64,000 bases of DNA from a virus (Duplodnaviria > Caudoviricetes), in the IMG/VR virus record IMGVR_UViG_3300037067_016568, positions 96,001 to 160,000 of that record; one strand, given 5' to 3'. Of the stretch, positions 56,785-64,000 are shown one piece after another. The notes below the pieces were generated by a model. That model did not search any database, was not told where the DNA came from, and was given only the letters and a program-made list of their open reading frames with translations. Within the stretch, counting starts at the first letter, position 1. Each line of letters opens with the position of its first letter. A program made the position numbers and the translations under genes.

Positions 56785-57818
56785 TATTCGTCATCCTGGC
56801 AAAGGAATTGTTTCTTTAATTGCCTATCATGCTCATTTTCATGACTTAGTGGCGAGTCGGTGAATTCGTGACTACGAAGTCTTAACATTCTTATAAAACT
56901 ATTGACTTGCACCCTCGATAGGCCCGAATATTCAACCAATTTACCAATCAGCCCGTCATATGGCTTGTCGTCTTTTTTGATTACATGCGCAAGTGCTTCT
57001 ACACACTTCATATAATCCCTATTATGTTTGCATATCTGAGACGCTTCAGCAAAGAACCTCTTCAGACGATCTTCATCTACTCTGCTGGAACCGCATAAGT
57101 AATCTTTATAAGCTGAAGCATTCTTACGGTCACGACCCTCTTTTTTAACAAAAGCCAATATGACCGTCCTCGATACTTGGCTCCACATATTAAAAACCTT
57201 AGAATTCCCTCTGAATAAGATCGTTGTTGAACCACCGAAAGTTCCCTGCTTTGGTTCTACTTCTGGAAGCGCACACAACGCAGTATCACAATAAGGGCAC
57301 CTAGGTGGACGGCCACCTTTTCGATAAATAACGAATTTCCTGCTACCTAAGGGACAATATTTAGGATCAAATAATTGTTCAAATGTGATGATACCATACT
57401 CTGATTCAGCAGGAACATACAAGGACGAACTAACTGGTCGATCAGGATTGTAACAATTTCTACAATGCGGTTTTGCTCTGAACTTGTATAATGTTCGCTC
57501 AACTTGTACCCAAGCCGTCTGAACCAAATCTCCAAATGCCGATTCTTCTTGCCCTGGATAAATCATATGCAAATTCTGCTTACGGATAATTTGCTTTATC
57601 AATTCCGGGGCATGAGACATTATAGAGTCTCTAATCGCTACATCAGTACAATTGGTCCAGATGTAGCGACGTAGTTTGTCTTCTACTATCTCATTAATAA
57701 AATAATGCTTTTTAGATAGTAGGCCCGGATCGTCAGGGGAAACTTCTTCTGTATTTTCTAAATGTATCTCTGACAAATCGTCCATTTCAGAGATATCAAC
57801 ATCGTCTTCAATTAACAT
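56784..57818 (-). CDS. Sigma-factor-like protein (gp55-like) with Zn-ribbon insertion
   Basis: HYFINE, GDLVQTAW..VERTLYKF [CRNC...CPYC insert] KVFNMWSQV...ILAFVKKE resembles sigma region 2. Confidence 0.6.
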   Translation of the reverse strand: MLIEDDVDISEMDDLSEIHLENTEEVSPDDPGLLSKKHYFINEIVEDKLRRYIWTNCTDVAIRDSIMSHAPELIKQIIRKQNLHMIYPGQEESAFGDLVQTAWVQVERTLYKFRAKPHCRNCYNPDRPVSSSLYVPAESEYGIITFEQLFDPKYCPLGSRKFVIYRKGGRPPRCPYCDTALCALPEVEPKQGTFGGSTTILFRGNSKVFNMWSQVSRTVILAFVKKEGRDRKNASAYKDYLCGSSRVDEDRLKRFFAEASQICKHNRDYMKCVEALAHVIKKDDKPYDGLIGKLVEYSGLSRVQVNSFIRMLRLRSHEFTDSPLSHENEHDRQLKKQFLCQDDE

Positions 57819-57875
57819 AATAATCCTCCCTAAAACATTATTTACTCAAAGACAAATTACAGCTTTGAGTAAATA

Positions 57876-59525
57876 ATGTCGGTATTTTACTTTAAAATGA
57901 TTGCCAATATACTCACCAATAGACTCATACAGTTATCTAATATAACTGCTTGGGAAGAAGAAATAGTTGATCAGAGATTTAGCGCAGTACGGCCACGCGC
58001 CAATTATATAGATTTATCTGGCGGAGCTATGTGGGATGGCGTCTACCGAAAGTATAATCGAAGCAATCAAACCATTGCAAGGCCGCTCTTGGGTGAGCTT
58101 CGAGCTCTATGCAAGGAAAAAGATCTAGCGCTTTCTATCGCTGATAAAAGACCAAAACCGATATATAAGCCAATCGACATATCACTTATTACAGAAGATT
58201 TCCTCCCTGGGATTAAATTAAAACAATTCCAAATAGACGCTATTAAGACAATCTATAAAGCAGAGGTAGGAGTAATCAATGTTACGATGGGTGGTGGTAA
58301 AGGAGAATTAATAGCTGGAATTTGTAAGGCAATGCCATGCCCAACAGCCATTATTGCTGAACAGATACAAGTAATCGAGCAATTAAAGCAACGATTAAAA
58401 CTACGAGAAGTATGCGAAGAGCCAGGGCTTTTCTATGCTGGCAAAATGCCTTCCGGCCAGCTGATAATTATCGGGTCAATCCAATCATTGGTAAAACCCA
58501 AGCAAAAACCTGAAAAACCATCACTTAAGAACTTCTCAGACAGCAAATCTGGAACTGCGCAAAAGAAATTTGAGAAAGCGTTCAAAAGATATGAGGCGAA
58601 ACTAAAAGCATTCCGTAGCAGATCAAAGAAAGCAGATGCTCTTCATAAACTACTCGGTAAATGTGAAATGCTTCTCGTGGATGAGTGTGATTTGGCTACA
58701 TCGACAACCTATAAGAATCTTTTCAGATATTGGTTCAATGGCCGTAGAAGATATGGTATGACTGGAACACCATATGACCAAGATAAACCAGTCGAAAATC
58801 TCGTCTTACAAGAGCATCTTGGCTCTGTCATCTATTCACAAAATAGAGAATCTGTTGAGAAGACTGGTCTGATAGTACCAATAACATATTATGCGCTTGC
58901 TTATGGTGAGGACGGCAATAAGGATGACGCCTCTGCTTTTGATATAGCAGTTAATGAAATGATGGTGTATAGTGAAAAATTTCATCACTTCATTGCTGCT
59001 ATTTGCAAAAGATTCACAGACGAAGGTACGCTTATATTGGTCGAGCGCGACGACCTTGGGTATGCACTTCAGAAAATCATACCAGACTCAGAGTTTATCC
59101 ATGGTCAAACACCACGTAAAAAGAGGCCGAAAATATTACAAGCATTTGAAGAGCGTAAGCTGAAAGTTTTAATCGGCGGCAAAAACGTACGACGCGGCCT
59201 TGATTTGAAAGGGGGCTGCGAGAACTTGATACTAGCTACCGGTGGTAAGTTAGCATCAGAATTTAAACAGCGAGTGGCTAGAGCGGCGAGAGTTAATCAA
59301 AAAGGTAGTGCTAGAATATTTGATATTTACTTCTTATGCAATAAATATCTCTATGCACATTCAAGAAAGCGATTTAAAGCGGCTGTTGCTACTGGATATA
59401 CTTCTAAGATAGTCTTCAACGACTGTAGTGTTGAAGGCGAGAAATTTATCAAATCTCGCTTTCACCGGCCTAGAATAAAGCCAAAGAAAACAAAAGATTT
59501 ACCGGGTCAAAAGAAATTATTCTAA
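57876..59525 (+). CDS. uvsW: SF2 DNA helicase, UvsW-like (start may be 57897)
   Basis: LKQFQIDA, TMGGGKG, LVDECD, GMTGT, GLD, QRVARAAR. Confidence 0.85.
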   Translation: MSVFYFKMIANILTNRLIQLSNITAWEEEIVDQRFSAVRPRANYIDLSGGAMWDGVYRKYNRSNQTIARPLLGELRALCKEKDLALSIADKRPKPIYKPIDISLITEDFLPGIKLKQFQIDAIKTIYKAEVGVINVTMGGGKGELIAGICKAMPCPTAIIAEQIQVIEQLKQRLKLREVCEEPGLFYAGKMPSGQLIIIGSIQSLVKPKQKPEKPSLKNFSDSKSGTAQKKFEKAFKRYEAKLKAFRSRSKKADALHKLLGKCEMLLVDECDLATSTTYKNLFRYWFNGRRRYGMTGTPYDQDKPVENLVLQEHLGSVIYSQNRESVEKTGLIVPITYYALAYGEDGNKDDASAFDIAVNEMMVYSEKFHHFIAAICKRFTDEGTLILVERDDLGYALQKIIPDSEFIHGQTPRKKRPKILQAFEERKLKVLIGGKNVRRGLDLKGGCENLILATGGKLASEFKQRVARAARVNQKGSARIFDIYFLCNKYLYAHSRKRFKAAVATGYTSKIVFNDCSVEGEKFIKSRFHRPRIKPKKTKDLPGQKKLF

Positions 59526-59684
59526 CCAGCTATCAACAATTTGTTCGTAGCTATGCAATAACTCATCATCATCAGTCGCTACAATTTTAGCAATTAGACT
59601 GTTATGCCCCATATCATTGTGATGGTATTCATCTTTATACCACTCAATGATACTAATCAATGATTCTTTATCTTCAGAAGTCAT
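59517..59684 (-). CDS. Small hypothetical protein (55 aa)
   Basis: ATGA overlap with the RNR stop; MTSEDKESLISIIEWY... Confidence 0.45.
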   Translation of the reverse strand: MTSEDKESLISIIEWYKDEYHHNDMGHNSLIAKIVATDDDELLHSYEQIVDSWLE

Positions 59685-61822
59685 TGAAGCTGGCAAATGT
59701 CACCATCACAGAATTTGGTACCAATTGCATCTTCTGCCTTCATTTTGGCTACGTCCTCTGCAAAGTACTTATCAAAATCGATTGGGCTCACTTTTGCATT
59801 GTAGGCAGCAACTTCTTCAGGCGTAGCTGGTTGATATGGTTGCTGTGGATAACCATTGTTTTCTATCGGCAGAAAACTAACACCTTTTAATTCGTCGTCG
59901 AATGATTCAAGAACCCACGGAATATCCTTGGCTTCCTCTGGCTTAAATTGTATCGTGCAAGAAACCTGGTTATCTGCCCAATATCGTTGATAATCAACAG
60001 CATTTTTCATTTGCTGCCAAATAGAAACTTCAGATACGGTCGGGATTTCAGGCTCCGACACTCCAAATCTTACAACACTGGTTTTATCATCTGTAACAGC
60101 TTTCTCAACATGATACCCAGCATCAGTTAATGCTTTAATCAATATGCTGTCACTCGATACGCGTACATTGCGCCAGTATGATCTGGTCGGTGCGATAGTA
60201 AAGTGAATTCCAGCCGTTGCACCAGCTAATAACGACACAGACCCACTTGGTTTGACGCTAGTACACTTAAGCGATTTACTTACACATAGCCATTCTGAAT
60301 AAATATTATCCCAATAACGAACAACTTCATATCCTTTTTGGCAGAATTCGGATAGTACCTTTCTGCGACCGAACTTCGCAAATGCTTGGATGATGCCACT
60401 TTGAGACAATCCGATTCTTCTATTTCTAAGAAGAACAGAATTCGTTTTCTTGCAATGTGTTGGCAGCAGCGTCACCGTCTTAGCATATAAATAAGCAAAC
60501 TTCAATGTTCTGTGATAATCTTCAGCATCATCATGATGGGCTGGAAATGTTTCACATAGACAACATAGCTCTCCGTGCTCTAAGCTTTGCTCTGCACAGG
60601 GGTTAGTCCCAATTGCTCTTTTATCGATACCTTCCTGTCTCCCGTCGATCGTACGCCCATAATTCTGAACGTTATCAAGCCAGATACATCCTGGTTCGCC
60701 ATTCTCGGCAATCTGCTCAGCGATGCTTCTATAATCCATCCCAACAGCCGCAAATATTGAGTTATTAGATGCCCAACGATGAGATATTAATTGCTCGCTG
60801 TAGAGGTTCTTGTCCTTCATCGTCATATAATCCCAGTCGGCAGGATCACCCAATGCAATCTCACTACTGCGACGAACATTGCCAGCTACAACACATCTGC
60901 CAATAAAATTCATAAAATCGACGATATCAACACTTGTCATAAACTGATTTTTACGGCGCAACATATTACGGAAATGATGAATCACCATTTTATGCAGATC
61001 ACGCAACACGTCAGGTCCGCTGGCTTTGCCGCCGAAGCCTTTAATCTCAGCACCAGCGGGACGAATCAACGAATAATTGAATTTAATAGATCCTAATTCT
61101 GGGCGATTCGTAAATGACTCAATCAATGCACGAAGTGAATCGACCCAACCTTCACGCGAATCTTCAATAACCCATTCAGTCTCAGTATCGTGTGGTTTTG
61201 CAACTTCGATTTTATTTGCACCACGAGTATCAAATCCTACACCAACACCGAGCATGGACATATCCATCACAAAGCAGAACGGCCATGCAGGATCTTCAGC
61301 AATATCCTTCGTGCTACAATAACCACAGTTATTGAGGCTTGCCGAGCCAAGCTTCCACATATGTGGAGTTCCCATGACCCATAAACCACGACCTGGAGGG
61401 AGAAATTTGAAATCCCACATCCGCTGAAACATTTCTTGTGCGGATTTTTGTGCTTTTGATCGAGTCCAAGGCAGTGCCATACCACCAAAAGCGATATTGT
61501 CGTCTTCTTTATCCTTTTTCTTATCGTTATTCTTCTTCTCTCTACACCACTGACGTTGAATTTCGTAGCAGCCTTCAACGACTCGCTGCAATGTGTCAGC
61601 AAACGTCTCTTTGGTGCCATCCTCTTTAAGACGAGAATAAGTACGATAAAAAACAAACTCGCCCAATCCGTTATATCCGAAATTCGGTTTCTTATCAATA
61701 AACTGTGCCAAAAATTCCGGATCTAGTTTAAACGGCGAATCGTCCTTCTTCGTCTTTCGGCCATTTTTCGAAACCGGATTATTATGAGTAGCCTTGGGCT
61801 TTAATTCAATCAATGTTGGCAC
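59681..61822 (-). CDS. nrdJ: Class II (B12-dependent) ribonucleotide reductase
   Basis: FYRTYSR, PPGRGLW, LNNC, AGNVRRS, GTNPCAEQ, VKPSGS, C-terminal CDGDIC. Confidence 0.95.
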   Translation of the reverse strand: MPTLIELKPKATHNNPVSKNGRKTKKDDSPFKLDPEFLAQFIDKKPNFGYNGLGEFVFYRTYSRLKEDGTKETFADTLQRVVEGCYEIQRQWCREKKNNDKKKDKEDDNIAFGGMALPWTRSKAQKSAQEMFQRMWDFKFLPPGRGLWVMGTPHMWKLGSASLNNCGYCSTKDIAEDPAWPFCFVMDMSMLGVGVGFDTRGANKIEVAKPHDTETEWVIEDSREGWVDSLRALIESFTNRPELGSIKFNYSLIRPAGAEIKGFGGKASGPDVLRDLHKMVIHHFRNMLRRKNQFMTSVDIVDFMNFIGRCVVAGNVRRSSEIALGDPADWDYMTMKDKNLYSEQLISHRWASNNSIFAAVGMDYRSIAEQIAENGEPGCIWLDNVQNYGRTIDGRQEGIDKRAIGTNPCAEQSLEHGELCCLCETFPAHHDDAEDYHRTLKFAYLYAKTVTLLPTHCKKTNSVLLRNRRIGLSQSGIIQAFAKFGRRKVLSEFCQKGYEVVRYWDNIYSEWLCVSKSLKCTSVKPSGSVSLLAGATAGIHFTIAPTRSYWRNVRVSSDSILIKALTDAGYHVEKAVTDDKTSVVRFGVSEPEIPTVSEVSIWQQMKNAVDYQRYWADNQVSCTIQFKPEEAKDIPWVLESFDDELKGVSFLPIENNGYPQQPYQPATPEEVAAYNAKVSPIDFDKYFAEDVAKMKAEDAIGTKFCDGDICQLQ

Positions 61823-62502
61823 AATGTCCTCCAGTTACTTCCTAATGTTGTTTTGGCTTGTGTTCGAAAACTGTCATCCTTCGACAGATCAACTAACAAA
61901 CAATATAATTCTGATCTCGACGGCAACAAACTTCGCTCGCTCGGTGATATTGTTGCAAGTTCTTCTAAAGCTTCAGTACACGCAATTGACGCTGCTAAAT
62001 ATACTTTAGAAATGTCACCACTCTTATACCATCTCACCACATTGTGCATTTTGCCAAACGATTCACGCCCCAAAAGAGCGCCAACTGTTGTCTTGTGGCC
62101 ACATCTTGCCAAAACAAACTTATGTGACGACCGCAAATGTTTAATTCTATCATGCGAAAGCGAAGAATGGCTCTTCATACGATTATAGCAAATGTCCATC
62201 ATATTGTTCTGAAAGAACACAGACAGACCCTTGTGTAGCAATCTTTTCTCTTTAACATATCCCACTGCAAAATTGATGAATGCCTTGGCCGTAGGCTTAT
62301 CTAATCCCCATTCGTCTATTTTATGGGTTAATCTCGTTACATATCGCCATTGATAAGTCTTTTGAGGGTTTGTATTCTTTGGGAATGATAACTTAATGCC
62401 GTGTACTGCAAACGCTTCTTGGCACCACTGCCATGTGCGTAATGTAGTTATAGGAGATTCTAGTATTTGAGTCATTATGTTTTCCTTTTGACTACACTCC
62501 AA
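61810..62502 (-). CDS. Hypothetical protein (start probably ~62475)
   Basis: 230-aa ORF coupled to nrdJ. Confidence 0.65.
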   Translation of the reverse strand: MECSQKENIMTQILESPITTLRTWQWCQEAFAVHGIKLSFPKNTNPQKTYQWRYVTRLTHKIDEWGLDKPTAKAFINFAVGYVKEKRLLHKGLSVFFQNNMMDICYNRMKSHSSLSHDRIKHLRSSHKFVLARCGHKTTVGALLGRESFGKMHNVVRWYKSGDISKVYLAASIACTEALEELATISPSERSLLPSRSELYCLLVDLSKDDSFRTQAKTTLGSNWRTLCQH

Positions 62503-62517
62503 TACTAGAGAACACTC

Positions 62518-62811
62518 ATGGCAAAATCAGTAAAAAACGACGTCAAGAAACCTCAAGAAGTCGATGGCGAGGATGCATCACAAAAAGATGCACGAGTAGA
62601 GTTTGAACAGCGATTCGATCTCTTTATGACTGGATTCCGCACAGTTTGTGAAGAGGCTAAAGTACCCATCGCAATCGCTATTGTTCTCGACCCAGAACAT
62701 CCATCAACGCCGTTTATTTACAATCACGGCCATATATACGATCAAGCATGCATATTAGCTAAAATGCTGCGCGATCTTAAACACAAGATCAATGAAGATA
62801 TATCTGCCTAG
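62518..62811 (+). CDS. Hypothetical protein
   Basis: 97-aa ORF. Confidence 0.6.
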   Translation: MAKSVKNDVKKPQEVDGEDASQKDARVEFEQRFDLFMTGFRTVCEEAKVPIAIAIVLDPEHPSTPFIYNHGHIYDQACILAKMLRDLKHKINEDISA

Positions 62812-63221
62812 GCAGGCATGTCGACGAACAGCTTAGCAATTCTGCTGCGCAATGGACAAGTCGGTAGCGCATCGTAGCACTCTAATAGTATTTTGCCAAT
62901 TGGATTATGCTTATCAATTTCTAGTCTATGCACAAATAAATCTAAAGATGGAGGGCACCGTAAGCTTATAAACGACTGCCCCCACGCTTTGTTTATCTGG
63001 TTCATCACAGGACTAACCAACAAATCGGAAGAGTCACCATATGTGCCGCGAATCGCACCCTCTACAGATGCCAATACTTTACTTTTAGTAGTACAGATAT
63101 ACGCTTTCGTTGGATCTTGGTCAAAAACAATCAACCAAAGTGGAATGACTTTATCCAGCAAATCACATTGTTTGGCTGCTGATTCCACCGGTTGTTCTTC
63201 TTTCAATATCGCCGTCGTCAA
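62808..63221 (-). CDS. Hypothetical protein
   Basis: 137-aa ORF. Confidence 0.55.
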   Translation of the reverse strand: MTTAILKEEQPVESAAKQCDLLDKVIPLWLIVFDQDPTKAYICTTKSKVLASVEGAIRGTYGDSSDLLVSPVMNQINKAWGQSFISLRCPPSLDLFVHRLEIDKHNPIGKILLECYDALPTCPLRSRIAKLFVDMPA

Positions 63222-63534
63222 GTACGACCCAATAAATCTCTATCGTGTCAGAATCTTCTAATGTCTCAAATTTATGCCACACACGTGGCGGAACATCGGT
63301 ACACATACCAGCGGTCAAAACAATCTCATCTGTTGCATTATTATCACGAAAGATGGTCACCCTCATCTTTCCTCGGAGCACGAATAACCGAGAGAATTTA
63401 CAATTATGATAGTGCTCTGAACAATAACCACGCGCAGTTGAAAGCAGCCTGTTGATATCAACGTTGTTGAAATTAAATATGCTTTGTGTGGTTCCCCACA
63501 CTTTGCCTAAAACAGGCCCAACTGGTATATGCAT
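63163..63534 (-). CDS. Cupin-fold protein
   Basis: KVWG, CSEHYH, VPPRVWHKF. Confidence 0.8.
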   Translation of the reverse strand: MHIPVGPVLGKVWGTTQSIFNFNNVDINRLLSTARGYCSEHYHNCKFSRLFVLRGKMRVTIFRDNNATDEIVLTAGMCTDVPPRVWHKFETLEDSDTIEIYWVVLDDGDIERRTTGGISSQTM

Positions 63535-63544
63535 AATTGATTCT

Positions 63545-64000
63545 CTAAATTCGCGATTTCTCGTAGAAGAATTTCACATTTCGGCTGCCTTCTACGATAA
63601 TTTCATTTATCCCGACGCCAGTTTTATCTTCCGGATCAGCAAGTTGATTGGTTTGAAGAATGTTATTGGCCGGATTAAACAAATCAACGTACGAAACCCC
63701 GTCGACATTTGATGCAGCTTCAATGACATCTGATACGTATAACGGCTGACCAAGGTCTCTGTTATTTACATTGAAAAAATCATCTAAAGCCGCATTAACG
63801 TTAGTGCGAACTACAGATGCATCAGCATTCCTATTAACTACGACAGTCATATCAATAGGAATCGATTTTATTGCACCGTCTAGAACGCTGACTGTATCTG
63901 TAAGCACATTATATTCATCGACATATGTGGCTACGGCCTGTTTTAGCCCAAGACTAGGAGTGACAAGACCGTCCTCACCATATGCCAATATAAAAAGTTC
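63545..64000 (-). CDS. Baseplate wedge / baseplate J-like protein, C-terminal part
   Basis: ALDDFF...LGQPLYVSDVI...VDGVSYV; frame open to window edge. Confidence 0.8.
   Translation of the reverse strand, partial: ELFILAYGEDGLVTPSLGLKQAVATYVDEYNVLTDTVSVLDGAIKSIPIDMTVVVNRNADASVVRTNVNAALDDFFNVNNRDLGQPLYVSDVIEAASNVDGVSYVDLFNPANNILQTNQLADPEDKTGVGINEIIVEGSRNVKFFYEKSRI

Noticed and set aside
53293-61822. Inteins or introns in terminase, helicase or RNR
   Set aside because: Lengths are ordinary and no intein splice motifs or frame breaks were seen
1-64000. Alternative genetic code (stop-codon reassignment), as in some large phages
   Set aside because: Conserved genes are full length under code 11 and TAG, TGA and TAA all serve as stops

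Overview
A 64-kb stretch of a large T4-like (myovirus-type, probably jumbo) bacteriophage genome, densely coding and mostly on the minus strand. Recognisable modules: virion genes (gp23-type major capsid, gp22-like scaffold, gp20 portal, gp17 terminase with a gp16-like partner, a baseplate-wedge fragment, two collagen-repeat fibre-like proteins); nucleotide and replication genes (thyX, class II RNR, UvsW-like helicase, gp55-like sigma factor); host-like accessory genes (galE, ThiF/MoeB, gmd-fcl-glycosyltransferase, lemA-TPM, S8 and papain-like proteases, a ferritin-like domain). A planctomycete-like host is inferred, not shown. The most striking locus is 26.2-29.05 kb. A sigma70-type promoter on the minus strand is followed by five Y RNAs, a tRNA-Met(CAT), a CRISPR-like array and a Ro60/TROVE gene. 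Three of the Y RNAs are complete circularly permuted tRNA mimics with different anticodon loops. The array has six 36-nt repeats with unique 29-30-nt spacers, and no cas gene is recognisable in the window. Each repeat carries the same two motifs (UGGNG ... RUUCC) conserved in the putative Ro-binding stem of the neighbouring Y RNAs. This suggests, untested, an array of Ro-loaded guide or decoy RNAs; an orphan phage mini-CRISPR is the main alternative. All calls come from reading the sequence by eye; no database searches were run.
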